Assembly (NCBI GenBank): GCA_964188305.1
Contig: OZ076895.1
DNA: 64,000 nucleotides
Strand: one strand, 5' to 3'
Origin: Podarcis bocagei
Taxonomy: Eukaryota
Of this stretch, positions 1 to 12,905 are shown in pieces. A program made the position numbers and the translations under genes. Each line of letters opens with the position of its first letter. Within the stretch, counting starts at the first letter, position 1. The notes under the pieces were generated by a model. That model saw nothing but the letters and a program-made list of their open reading frames with translations. It did no database searches and had not been told where the DNA came from.

Positions 1-581
1 TCACTCAAGAGTAGACACACTGAAATTAATGACCATGACCCACTTAGGTCATTACTTACTTAGGACTCGTTATTGATTTTGATGGGTCTCTACCCGTGTG
101 TGTGTGTGTGTGTGTGTTAGTCAGTAGCTCTAGACTCTAGAGAACAAGGGACGAAACAAGTCCTGTATAAATTGCTGGTGAGACGATTCCTCTGCTTCGC
201 ATAAAACCATAATGCAATATTTCAAATGAATGAAAGACTTACATCTGATCCACCTATTGTTGAATCAGATTGTTAGTTCAGACATAATGAGAACAAACCT
301 AGGCAAGCCTTAAGTTTTTCCTCTCTCACCCTCCACCGGTGGGGCTGCAAATAGGAGATAAAATGCTCTCATTTTAGATTAACTGCAGCTTGTTGTATCA
401 GCTGAACCTGGATAAGCTGCTGTTCATTTTAACTGTTGTTAGTGGGGGGAAAGCTTAACATCAAACCATAATTAATTACACTTGCTTGTTTTCCTTATCT
501 ACTTAAAATTAACCACAGTTTAGCATGTTATCAAACTCTAAACTAAAACAGAAACAGAACCAACTGATAGGAGTTATATAG

Positions 582-750
582 TAGGGTTGCTGTATTTCAG
601 AAAGTGAAAATCTGGGCACAAAAGTTGTGGCCCTACGCCCAGTTTTTCCCATACATTTTGGCAGATTTTTGGAAATTCTGCCTGGACGCTATTTGCAAAA
701 AAGACAAATCCTGGTTATGTCCGGGAAATTCCAGACATATGGCAGCCGTA
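582..750. mobile_element. Degenerate MITE with TAGGGTTGC-type termini (hAT-like)
   Basis: tagggttgc...ggcagccgta imperfect terminal inverted repeats; TSD not evident. Confidence 0.5.
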
Positions 751-786
751 GGTTATAACCCAAAACTTGCTGAGAAAGGCAATGCT

Positions 787-1143
787 AAAGGTAAAGGGAC
801 CCCTGACCATTAGGTCCAGTCACGGACAACTCTGGGGTTGCGGCACTCATCTCCCTTCACTGGCCAAGAGAGCCGGCATTTGTCTGCAGACAGCTTCTGG
901 GTTATGTGGCCAGCATGACTAAGCTGCTTCTGGCAAACCAGAGCAGCGCACGGAAACACCGTTTACCTTCCCGCTGGAGTGGTACCTATTTATCTACTTG
1001 CACTTTGACGTGCTTTCGAACTGCTAGGTTGGCAGGAGCTGGGACCGAGGAACGGGAGCTCACCCTGTCTCGGGGGTTCGAAGCGCCGACCTGATCGGCA
1101 AGTCCTAGGTTCTGTGGTTTAGACCACAGCGCCACCCGCGTCC
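787..1143 (-). mobile_element. Sauria SINE, near full length
   Basis: Minus-strand tRNA-like head ggacgcgggtggcgctgtggtctaaacc and (ACCTTT)n tail; matches three other copies in the window. Confidence 0.9.
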
Positions 1144-1902
1144 TCCTCTCCTTCATAGCCCCTCCCTTTTCTTGCCATTTTCTGCCTTCCCTTTTTCTGA
1201 GCAAATATAGCAATGAGGCCAGACTACACAAAGAGGTAAAACTTGTAAACATAAAGAAGAATGAACTTCCAACTATTAGGATGCAACAAACATCCTGACT
1301 GCACTATTGGGGCAGTTACCTTTCAAGGTCATATAAGATCAAATTATAGCTTTTTGTCTGATGTCTCCTTCGTAAGGTTTTAGAGTGACAGTTATATCAT
1401 GGAAATAACAGGAAAATGCTCATTGCTAGAGAGGATTTTCTTTTCCCATTGGTGTTTGCAGGTAGGCTTTTCTGAGATGAGAGGGAGAGAGACAGTTCAG
1501 TTATCAATCATCCCATTTCCTGTCTCCCTTGGCAGGTACCTAGTTAAATTTTTGTTTAGACAGGATTTGCTATGCCATCTCCATTTGCTGCTAGAATGGT
1601 TATGTTCTGACATGACATACAACTGGAAAGCAACTTATATGAGTCATCTGAAGCCAGACGGTTTACAGCACACCAGACACCACAGAGATACCGCAGCATA
1701 CATTGGTTTGTCCTCTAATCTGTGCTATAAGGTCCCCTAGGCAATTAGGCTTTTCTTAATGTTTGGATTAAATACAATGGAAAAGTAGTGTGTCTGGTAA
1801 TTTTAGTAATACACTGTTGGGTCTAGGCTTTTTAAAATACGGACCCAAAGGGACTGCTCTCCTTCACTCCCTAACTGTGTGTTGTTGTTTTTTATATTGC
1901 AG

Positions 1903-1987
1903 GGCAATAATAATCAGAAACGGAGAAGTCATTCCAATGTCTTCAGAATTCACTCCAGAAACAGAACGTCAGCGTCTTCAGTATCTG
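1903..1987 (+). CDS. PPM1H: PPM1H coding exon (probably exon 5): RAIIIRNGEVIPMSSEFTPETERQRLQYL
   Basis: ttgcag acceptor and gtaagg donor; 85 nt; peptide recognised as PPM1H; phase joins the next exon. Confidence 0.95.
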
Positions 1988-2401
1988 GTAAGGGCCTAAA
2001 GATTTGGATTAGTGGGTGGTGGTGTTCATTGAGCTATCACCTTCTCAGCCCTTATCTGAAATGAATCTTGTACTGCCCTTCTGGAACTATATTGTTATCC
2101 CACACTTCAGCCAAGAAAGGCTGAAGAAATGTGGGTGAAAATACCCTGCTGTCCGGCTTACAGGCTTACATCCAAAAGGAAAAGGAATTGAGATGGAGGA
2201 GGAAGGAAAAGCTAACTCGGTCACGATTTCTTAGTCACAGAGTTCTTGTAATGACTAGCCGTAATGGAAAGATTTTCAAGAAGAGGAGGAACTAAAAGTT
2301 ACTGGTCTTTTAGCAAAGCTGATGGAGAGATGTGCTGCCCCATTCCCATCAGGCTGTAGGAAAGGGGATCTGCACTACATTTTGAGTTGGCAAGTAGGTG
2401 T

Positions 2402-3304
2402 TAGGGCTGGTTGAGAACTGATTTTCAATATTGCAATATATCACCAGCTGAACATCGTAATATATCGATATATCATGATACCTGAAATAAGGAAGGAACT
2501 ACGCAGACGCAAGCAGGACAATGTCCTGGCAATTGCTAATGCTTAAGGGTCTAAAAACAGCATCTTAAAAAGTAGTCACTTTCAACAGCAGGCAAGCCAA
2601 CATGCATCCAAATGAGACTTTTGGTTTTGGGCTTGGCTTCCAAATGGTAGTGAATACAAATAATTTGAGACTGTCAGCAGGTCTGCTAGGAGGCAGATGC
2701 AGCAGTGGCAGAAACAGCTTGCCACGACCGTGGTACGTTTGAGTAGTAGCGGTGACAACCAGCAAGGCCTTGTGGTGGTGATAGAGAGTGACAGCAATAG
2801 CAGCAGTGGCCTGTGAGGACTCATGGCAGTCTGGCAGTCCAAGATTATTTGTATTTGACTCATCACCATACTTTGAATTGTCCTTATTACCACCATTTGG
2901 TAGCCAAGCCCCAAACCAAAAGTCCTGTTGTGATGCATTTTAGCTTGCCTGCTGGTGAAACCGAGTGTGTGATTATTGATAATATAGTCATTTATCCGTT
3001 TTAGTTCCCTACGTACTAGCAGTTGCCAGGACATTGTTCTGTTCGCCTCCGTATAGTTCACATCCTTATTTCAGACATTGTGGTAGATTGCATTGTTTAG
3101 CTGGTGATACTGTTAGGTTTACCTGGTGGTAACCTTGCAATGTTTAGCTGGTGAGTTATCGCGATGTTGGAAACCAGATACCGCCTAGCCCTTACACACA
3201 TTGTCATTGGCGATATATTGCCAGCTCAAATATTGTGAAACAATTATCACGATGTGAACTTTTAACCCGTTTTGTATGATATATTGATATATTGCCCAGC
3301 CCTA
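2402..3304. mobile_element. Non-autonomous DNA transposon (hAT-like), ~900 bp
   Basis: TIRs tagggctgg...ccagcccta; repeated subterminal atatcg/cgatat motifs; TSD degraded. Confidence 0.65.
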
Positions 3305-5419
3305 CTTGGTATCAATAATAGTGATACATTTAGGCTTGCTCTGAGAAAGGGTACTTTGGATCTTTCAGAACTGACAGCTGACCCAATTTATTATGCTCTC
3401 CAGAATTGGCAGATATTGGAAGGGTAACCCAGCAATGGTCATCCTTGCCCTTTCAGCTGCCATTGTGGGTATAAGAAAACACGCACCCTAAAATCCCTTT
3501 TGTCAGGCTGTGGCATCTGGCCTGTGCCTTAAATTCCACCAGTGCAACTGGCACTTCAGGCAGATGCTCCAAACCAGCCTGTTTCTCCCCGTCTCTGAAA
3601 CTTGACTTTAAAACCAGCGTGTCGTCATTAGTGTCCTCTCCCACTGTGCCCAGAAGCTGATGGGGACAAGCTTGTATAGGCCAGATGGCCTTTCCTTTCT
3701 CAAAAATGCTCGCTCTGAGTAGAACAATGCTTCGCTGGCTATAAATGCCGAAAGAAATGTGTGTGGTTGTGGTGATTGCGGGGAGGCGACTATATTCTTC
3801 TGTGCCCTGATTTTATTGCTGTTTACATTGCCAGGGTCTGAAACATTTCAGAGGGAAGAGCTACTTTTGGAGTCTCGTTTTTCACAGTGATGAATACAAA
3901 GCATCTGCAATAAATATTTATGTTGCCTGCATTTGCAAAAAAAACCCCCAACGTGTTTGTCTTTTAAATTAGCAGGGATCTGTAGCATCTTGAGAGTGGG
4001 GTTTCATTTGAAGAAAGCAGAGATAAAACATTGCCTGAGAGGGTCTTTCCCCCCTTCAGCCTCTTTTGATGTTCATTCTGGTTAGATCTGAAAATAGCAG
4101 CTGCCTTGAAAAATATTTATGCTACTTCCCCTAACTCTTTTCTTTACCTTTGTTTGTTTACTGCATCTCCGTATGTAGCAAATGCACTTGGGCTATGGCT
4201 ATCACGTTCAAAGGAAGTAGGTGGGAGATACCAGAAGTGTGAAACCACATTAGAGAGATCCTTTCAAATGCACTGGAAGTAACATGTAGAAGATAATTTT
4301 AGGACCATTGGTATTTCTGACCAGTTCTCACCTACTGCTGTTAGGTTTATGACTACGCTTGGTTTGTGGTCAGGGGTTTCAAGTACGGTACTCCTGCAAC
4401 CGATGATTTCAAAAACAAATGTCAATACTTCTCCCAAGAGTATTCTGTACCACTTTTTAGATTTAGCATTTTTCACTCACGCACTTCTCCTTGCGGTTGT
4501 CTAAAATTGTTATAGCTTAATATTGACAGAACATTCTGCAAGGAAGAAATACATTTCAGAAGTCCTATCCTTAGATTTGATTCTCTCCTCTCTCCATCCC
4601 TCCCCTTCCCTTCATATTTAATCTGCTTCTTTTCTTTGGTATCCTATTAAAGCAAGGTGCATGTGACTTGTATCATAATTTAATATTTCTTGCTAAACAG
4701 TTTGAGGATTTCCAAATGGAAAGGCAGGGTATAAATATTTTAATAAATAAAAGTGATTTTTATTTTTTTTAAATTGCTACAGGGAAGTGCCTGAGTATGT
4801 TCCCTTCTCCTCTTCCATTTAGCAGTTTCTGAAGAAAGCACATAAGATATTATTTGCAAATTATATATAAAAGCACTAAGCCTGTCCACAAATTGAAATA
4901 ACAGTTTAGTTATTACAAGAAAAAGAGAATATTGTATTACTTAGGCTCTTGTCAACAAGCAAGAGGAATCTCAAGTAAGCCATTGAACCTATATGACTTG
5001 CAAAAAAAAGTTAGACCATAAATTTCTAGTATTTTACCAACCCCAGTTTTAGAAGTTGCTTTCTGTGTTCTAACCTCTGAGCCATCTATGACTTATTTCC
5101 CACAGTTCTTCCATCATGGATTTGCATATTGACTCTTGTTGCAAGGAGGTCTTGTGGTTTTTCATCTTCCTTTTTAAAAAAATTAAATTTGTTTCCCAGT
5201 TGGAAACTTTACCTAGCTTCCTCCAAATTTATTATGAGCTCCTATTACAAACACTTGATAAATTAGCAAACTTTTTTAAAAAAATAAATCGATTTGATTC
5301 AAGTATCAAAACAAATTAAAGTTAACTATCTCCATCCCCCCACACATATACCTACACACACAAGCAAACATTTTTCCCAATAGTTGAGGAGTTTGAGCAG
5401 GATTGATTTTAAAAGAATA

Positions 5420-5651
5420 CAGTTGTACCTTTGTTCTCGAATGGAATCAGTTCCGAAAGTCCGTTTGACTTCTGAAAATGAAGACACGGCTTCCGATTGG
5501 CTGCAGGAGCCTGCTGCACTCAATCGGAAGCCGTGTCGGACGTTCGGCTTCCAAAGAAAGTTTGCAAACCGGAACACTCATTTCCAGGTTTGTGGCGTTT
5601 GGGATCCAAAATGTTCGAGTCAGAAGGCGTTTGAAAACCAAGGTACGACTG
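5420..5651. mobile_element. Tc1/mariner-superfamily MITE
   Basis: TA|cagttgtacctt...aaggtacgactg|TA. Confidence 0.8.
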
Positions 5652-7091
5652 TACTACAAAATAGCTCTTTAGGTTTGCTTTAAGCACAGCAGCTGTTTTT
5701 AAAGATCAGGAAAACTTTTAACTGCCTTGGTTGGCTTAGATGAACTGGAACCATTCATGGAAAGCTGAGGGTATTAAAACTCCTGGTGACAATGCTGAAC
5801 TAAGCAGATCTCCGGGTAATTTTGTTCGGTTTGCTTCATGCAAGCATGCGCTGTCCATTATTTCAGCGGATGTACTGATACTCTGACAAGTATGCAAATA
5901 GCTTGCATGTTTCCTTTAATTTGCTCATTTGCCGAGGACACTCAGGTTAAGCCAAGCTCAAACGCCATGTGCTTGTTCTTCTGTATTTATCAATACAGCA
6001 GTAAACCAGAAGTTAATACCCATGTTTTATTCTGAATGGCACCACATCTCAGAATCCCCATGTAAAACAGGTACTACGTAAACAGGTGGGGTATACAGGA
6101 AAGTTTATATAAAAAACCACCCCAGTATCTAGAAGCCTGAGCTGTACATGCTGTGTTCCAGCCTAGAACAGACCCATGTGTAGAACAGACAGCTGACCCA
6201 GTTTAATTTGATGGACTTTGATTGGACTGAATCCAGACATCCTTGTTCCCCTCCCTCCCAACAATTGGTCAATAGGACCTAGAAAAGCTAACGGTGCTGA
6301 CAGTACAAAAGCCTAGAGCATTGTGCATGGTAGTAGCAGTGATTTATTATACGGTTAAAAACCAGCATGCTGTATCAAATACAACAAACAAAGCAAATAC
6401 GAATAGGGATGAAACAAAGTAAAATAGAATGGTAGGCAAGCAAAACTGAAGATGTAGCAATTTAAAAGAGAAACAGGAAGTCTGTGTAGACCCAGTAGGC
6501 GAGAACAACTGGCGTATCTTGTAGGCTGCTGCGCAAAATCTTGCAACCTCTAGGCATTCCTTCAAATAACGGGGGAATTATCTTTATATCTTGGTAGCAG
6601 GGGCAGCGTAAGAGAACATGGCCTATGATCTCTACCTCTCCATCATTATAGGGGCAGAGCCTTTTGTCTAAAGAGATTTTTCAGTAGCGCCCATCTAAAA
6701 TGGCAGTAGTGCATGCAGAATTTGAGGGCCAAAACTGGTGCCAAAGGTGATGGAAGAGCCACATTGCAATGCCTACCCTCAACTATGTACAGTACCAGGT
6801 TTTATAGGCAAGTTGTCCTGAACTGCAAATAATTCGCAGAAGCACAGCCGTGGTGTAAGTTGAGGACAGAAGAGGTGACAAAATGTTTTTGCAGTCGTTC
6901 AAAGGTTTGAGGGTAGGGAGGGAGAGACTTATTATCCAGTGGAAGTTATTTGAGACTTTATAATAGTGGGCTTCTGAGATTTTGTTCATCATTTGTTTAC
7001 AGTTACCACCTCTCCTTGAAAACAGAGAATAACAATGCAAGAGCTCCAATAATGATTGTCCTCTTTCATTTCCCCCTTTTTAATCTTGTAG

Positions 7092-7210
7092 GCATATATG
7101 CAGCCACACTTGCTGGGAAACGAGTTTACACACTTTGAGTTTCCAAGGAGGGTCCAGAGGAAGGAAGTTGGGAAAAGAATGCTCTACAGAGACTTCAATA
7201 TGACTGGCTG
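7092..7210 (+). CDS. PPM1H: PPM1H coding exon: AYMQPHLLGNEFTHFEFPRRVQRKEVGKRMLYRDFNMTGW
   Basis: tgtag acceptor, gtaaga donor; 119 nt; phase 0 to 2. Confidence 0.95.
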
Positions 7211-7286
7211 GTAAGAACGCCTCCTGCTTTTTAGAGGGCAGCATCCACACAGCAGTTTGTTCCATTTCCCCTGCATTTCCCTAACA

Positions 7287-7422
7287 CAGGCATAGGCAAA
7301 CTCGGCCCTCCAGATGTTTTGGGACTACAACTCCCATGATCCCTAGCTAACAGGACCAGTGGGCAGGGATGATGGGAATTGTAGTCTCAAAACATCTGGA
7401 GGGCCGAGTTTGCCTATGCCTA
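7287..7422. mobile_element. Palindromic (fold-back) MITE, hAT-like
   Basis: aggcataggcaaactcggccctccagatgtttt...aaaacatctggagggccgagtttgcctatgcct; decayed relatives near 17690, 35950 and 46920. Confidence 0.85.
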
Positions 7423-8904
7423 GTTAATTTCTGCATTATATTTGGGCTTTCATGCAAAAAGCCACTTCTGGAAAACTAATGGCACATAGTGCATGCTCAG
7501 CACTCATTTCTGTGCTATTTGATTCCAGAAATAATCTTAACTTGGAAAAATGTGGGAGTAAAAGTGATGGAATTTGGAGCAGCGTACTGGTATATAGTTC
7601 TTCGCTGCTGTTTTCCTGGGGGAATTGTGGAAGAACCAAAGCGCACACATATTTGGAAAGGGTAGGCAGGTAGTGACATTGTCCAATGGCATTTGTTGCT
7701 GTGTCACAGCACGTTCCATGATTTGAATGAAATTTAGTGTGACATGTTAGCAATATTGTTCAAAAAGCCACAGTTCCCTAATGCTGCATCCCAGTAGAAA
7801 ATTTCCAGGGGGGGGGGGGGAGAGACGAAACTGGATTATTAAAACTATTTTCCATATTGTACAATTTCACATCTACACTAGATGGGTCTGATTTGAGGTG
7901 ATGCTGGTTTCTTTGTACACTTTCTTTTTTCCTGGGCTCTGGAACTTTTTCAGAGCAATTGGCTGGCCAGCTTGTATAGGTTTGCTGAAGGTGGTAGTTA
8001 ATGCCCAGGACTTGCATCATCCATTTAGTGTTTGGGTTGGTTCAAGGCTGCTACTCTTAACTCTCTTCAAGCATCACCTATCGCTGTAGCTGGTGACTTT
8101 GTCAGGAATTAAACTTACCAGAGTGTTACATAGATGGGAGAGTGATGCTTATTATCCTCAGTGTCTACTTCCTTGTGACACCTGCTATGGCTGGCATTGC
8201 AGTTACGGAACACAGTTTCTTGCAGACAAGAACCTGAGGTACCTCAGACTGAAATTTGCCATCTGGTCATATTTAATTACATTTTAAAGTCCAAGTACAC
8301 TTTTATGTCCTTGGGATTCAGTCTGAATTACAGTTCTCGTGTGACTGTATTAAGTACTTTGAATGTTTCCCATGCCTTTTTTCTGTGGGCCAGCTTAAAC
8401 CTTTCCAATCAACAACATAAAAGCAGCCCGAAATGTTGAGGAGTAGACTCCAATCCTCAAAAGACTGTGCCGCTTCAGAATGAAGATGGGGTCCTGTGTG
8501 TTTGACTTTTCTCCCACATCAAATGTTACTTGAACGTGGAAAGCTGTAGATGGTTCTTCCTGAAGTTCTAGCTTTTTATGTTGAAGTGTAATCCAAGTGT
8601 AATCCAAGCGTAAAATTCTCACAACTAGAACGTACTTTTGTGCTCTTTCTGAACCTTTTGGTCATGTTAATTATTATTTTTTAAAAGGAAACCAGACTTG
8701 TTTACAGGATGCTTCGTGAATATTTCCTTTTATATACTCACATCATTTTCACATGGAACAGCAATAGGCTGCTACCAGTTGTGGCTGATGTAGCAGCTGC
8801 TGCCGCTGCTGCTGGAGGATGATTAGAGAAGGAGAAAGTACTTTGAGCAACTTCTGTGGCTTGTGCACAGCTTTCATTTTCTGTACTCAGGAACAGAATA
8901 CATA

Positions 8905-9140
8905 CAGTCAAACCTCAGGTCCCAAGCGCCTCCATTTTGGAGCGTTTCAGCCCCCGAATGCTGAAAACCTGGAAGTGAATGCTCCGGTTTCTGAACATTT
9001 TTTGGAAGTCAAACGTCTGACTTCCACTTGAGTGCAGGAAACTCCAGCAACTAATCGGTAGCCACGCCTCTGTTGTGAAACATTTCAGAAGCCGAAGGGG
9101 CTTCCGTAACGGATTACGTCCGACAACCGAGGTTTGACTG
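8905..9140. mobile_element. Tc1/mariner-superfamily MITE
   Basis: TA|cagtcaaacctc...gaggtttgactg|TA; interior related to the 5420 element. Confidence 0.8.
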
Positions 9141-9328
9141 TACTTGTTTTGTCTCAGCTAGCCACCTGGCTGCTCTTTAGGCCTTATACTATGGCTTATA
9201 AGTCTCGCCCTCTTTTTTTTTACTGAAATAAAATAAATGCCATGATCCCAAACGGATCATCTTTGGAACGCAGAAATCTTCTCCGTCATGTTCACCTGCA
9301 GGCAAAGGGTTAATAGCCAAAGCCATGA

Positions 9329-9476
9329 TACAGGTTGCCATATGTCCTCTTTTTTCCAGGACACATCCTCTTTTTCATGGGTATGTGAAATGAGAGTTGC
9401 CATAGTGATCTATAGTTAAAAGTAGAAGTCGGCAAATGTGTCCTCTTTATTTGCTCTTCAGAGTATGGCAACCCTA
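9329..9476. mobile_element. MITE with ggttgccata/tatggcaacc termini (hAT-like)
   Basis: Terminal inverted repeat plus repeated tgtcctct subterminal motif. Confidence 0.55.
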
Positions 9477-9646
9477 AGTTGGTAGGAGTCAGGTGGGTCA
9501 GCCTATGCCATTCATTTGTCCCCAGTGGTTTTGCTGCTGTGTTTCTGTAAGCTTTCCTTGCAGTTAGCTGGCAACGTCCATTGTGTATCTATGTATTTTG
9601 GTGTACCTCTCCCCCTCTCACATGCACGCGCGCGCACGTTCGTGTG

Positions 9647-9675
<29 letters not shown>
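9647..9675. repeat. (CA)n microsatellite
   Basis: Direct observation. Confidence 0.95.
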
Positions 9676-9677
<2 letters not shown>

Positions 9678-9851
9678 ATTCTGAATCAGAGGCTGGAGTC
9701 CTAAGGGAGGGGACCCTGCAATGTTTTCTGCTTTCATGGAATGATGCCTGTCAAGTTGCCATTGTCCTTCCTTCCTTCCTGCTAGAGCAGGTATTCAGGT
9801 CTCTTGAGTATTTGATTTTAACAAGCAGCTGCATTCTAATCTTGCTTCTTG

Positions 9852-9853
9852 TT

Positions 9854-9909
<56 letters not shown>

Positions 9910-9910
9910 T
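9852..9910. repeat. (TTTC)n microsatellite
   Basis: Direct observation. Confidence 0.95.
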
Positions 9911-11952
9911 TATGCGCGTTTTCTAATTTTGTCTGGGGTTGACCTTTTTCATTTTTTTCTTGCAACTAGCACCAAAGCTAGTCTGTTTTAATTCCAGTTG
10001 GCAAACAAACAAACAAACAAAAAACATAGTCCCAGATGAAGCCCGCTAAACACAGCAGCTCATGTGTGCTTTGCATTGTGTAACTTGCATGTTGCGTTCA
10101 GCAAATGTTGTAGCTGTGGGCGCTTCTCTTCTTCTTTATTGCTCTGCTCGGTGGCACTTGACAGCCCAGCCAGGCAGTCTGGCAGAGCAGGGGATAAGTA
10201 GATTGAGAAATGCCACAGAATAGTTTATGAAGCCAACACCAGATCTGCACTGCCTCCTCCCCTCCTCTTTAATATAAATTGATTTATTGAATCAAGTGCA
10301 GAAGCCCTGGTTCCAAAACCTTAGGCGTTATCCTCCAGAGAGCCGCCTAATAAAAGAGGCCCAACTGACAGTCCTCATTAGCTTTGCCACAGATCCCAAG
10401 GCAGTATTTAAAGTGGCAATGTCCCTTTCCCAGACCTGGATTTATCTGCCAGCCAGTGCCGACGGGCCTAATTAGCTTGCTCTTATTAGTCTTATTCAGA
10501 TAAGTGGTCTTCTCTAACAGTCTGACTCCAGGGTACAAAGAGCAACCCGCAGCCTGCCTGCCTTATGCTTCCACCTGCTCAGTTACACCTTGCTTTCTAA
10601 TTCGTATAATTCTCATGAGCTCCCATGGAAAATGGTGTCTGTGTGTTTAGCTGGGTTTTTTGTTTTCCTTTGTTTTTCCTAGTGAAACATTTCAACTTCC
10701 AGCAGTGATCATGATTTTGAGAGAGGGAACATATCTCAAGTGCGTAATTAAACGAGCCCTTTCCCACCTCTAGTATGTGATATATATTTAATCCAAGTAG
10801 TTTTTGTGTTTTTTTAATAAAATATAATGGTTATGGAGACAGCAGTCCTGTTTTAGGGAGCGGGGTGGTTAAAGAAAGATGACTGCTGTGTTAATTTGCA
10901 GCTACTGACAACAGAAGGAGACAGAAGATAGAAGCGTAACTAGATTTAACAAAAGCCCTTTGCACGGGTACTTTTGGGTTCCTGGCGTCATGCGCCCCAG
11001 AGAAACATAGCTCCCTGTATTCTGTTTGTAACACGTTTCTGGAATGATAAATGGCTGCTCACAACATGCATGTTCTGCATCTTTTCAAGATTTGCAGCTC
11101 TGGCTGCAGGAACAGCAGGGGAGGAGGTCTGACCTGCTGTGTACAGCACATCTCCTGGCAATGACAAATGACTCTTCGTTCCCTAAGTGCACACATGCCA
11201 GAGGAACAGAGCCAGTGCTGTTGGAGCAGGGCCAGCTGGAGACAACAAACAAACCAGAGAAGCCCCATAGTCACCCCCTAACTGTGAGGGAAAGAATAGC
11301 AGGGGAAGATATGTTTTGGTAGTCTGCTTCTTGTGATTTTTTGCATTGCCTTATCAGTTTTGTTGTAACCTCCCAAGATATGTTTAGTGTGTCATTTCCC
11401 TCCACATTAACACAGGACAACCTTGGAAATAAGTACTTTTAATTGGTACCTGAATATTCCTAATTGATATTTATTTAATCTCACAGCAATCTGGAGGCCA
11501 GTGTGGTGTCATTACTAGAACATGCAAAAGGCAACCAAAATGATAAAGCAACTCCTGGTTAGCCATTGTGAGGACTAGATGCTGGACTAGATGTTTCACT
11601 GCCTTAATCTAGCAGGCTCTTCTTATGTTCTTCTGTGTGTGTGCTTGCTTGAGAAAGTCAGGTCCATATTCCCATTCAGCTATGAAGCCAGCTGGGTGGT
11701 CTCGACCACTTCCAGCTTCACCTATCTCGTTAAAGTAGTACATGGTCTCGTGCAACTTATGCAATTTTCTATTTTCCTCTTCCTATAAATTGTTGTCACC
11801 CCATCTCTTTCGTTATTGGAACCTTGCAAACATTTTAATGTTGCACCTATCTATCTACCTACACAAGTAATACAAACAGAAGCTAAAGTTTTGATCTCAC
11901 AGTTGAGGTCTGCGGAATTCTGGTTGATCTTTTTATTTGTTAAACTGAACAA

Positions 11953-11990
<38 letters not shown>
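11953..11990. repeat. Compound (GT)n(GA)n microsatellite
   Basis: Direct observation. Confidence 0.95.
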
Positions 11991-11991
<1 letters not shown>

Positions 11992-12663
11992 CGCACAAGT
12001 GAAAGAGAGAGAGTGCACACGTAGCTGCAGTTGCACAAATGCAGGCTTAAACAAGAAACCCAAAATCAACCCACAATCCTCCGATAAGGAAGTGCATGTG
12101 CAAATAATATTTGGTTCAGGACAATGACTGATAAAACTGAAATGGTGTCACACAAGAGTTTCAGACTAGGTTCATTCTAGATTCCATTTCTTATGCCCTA
12201 ATATATAATAATGCTTCTGTGTGAAATTCTTTTATCTGGAAGTTGTGTCTCTTATACAGAGCTAGCTCATGCGAGCGCATCACATGAACTTGAGAGGTGT
12301 GTTCTGGCCGTCATTCTCTGTGACATTGCTAAGGTTTTTGCACAATACACTCAGCTGTGTTGGCACATGGTAATAATAGACCCTTGGATAGTTTGAATCG
12401 TTGGAACACTGCTGCCTTGGCCTGCTTGTTAAGTGTTACTATCTTTGACAGCAACACAGCTGAAGCAAGAGTGAAGAAAATAGCCATTCCCGAATTGTGC
12501 ATGTTGCTTAATGGGCTTGTCCTTAGCTTTGATTTCTCCTACTCTGCATAAACAGCTAACTGAAGAATCCTGCCTAGCCAGGCTTTGAAATTCCAGAACT
12601 GAAGCCCCCCTTTTAATATAGAAAGTATGTGTGTGTTTTATTGAATATCAGTAAATACTATTA

Positions 12664-12905
12664 CAGTGGTACCTCTGGTTATGTTCTTAATTCATTCCAG
12701 AGGTCCGTTCTTAACCTGAAACTGTTCTTAACCTGAAGCACCACTTTAGCTAATGGGGCCTCCCGCTGCTGCCGTGCCACTGGAGCACGATTTCTCTTCT
12801 CATCCTAAAGCAAAGTTCTTAACCCGAGTTATTATTTCTGGGTTAGCGGAGTGTGTAACCTGAAGCATATGTAACCTGAAGCGTATGTAACCCGAGGTAC
12901 CACTG
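12664..12905. mobile_element. Tc1/mariner-superfamily MITE (family A)
   Basis: TA|cagtggtacctc...gaggtaccactg|TA; closely similar to 53962-54187. Confidence 0.88.

Noticed and set aside
906-1094. Recurring peptide ASMTKPLL...TARLAGAGTEQ at 906, 31831, 55867 and 61516, resembling a gene family
   Set aside because: All four are antisense translations of Sauria SINE copies.
2582-3061. 159-aa ORF inside the 2402-3304 element
   Set aside because: No transposase or other recognisable motif; low-complexity interior.
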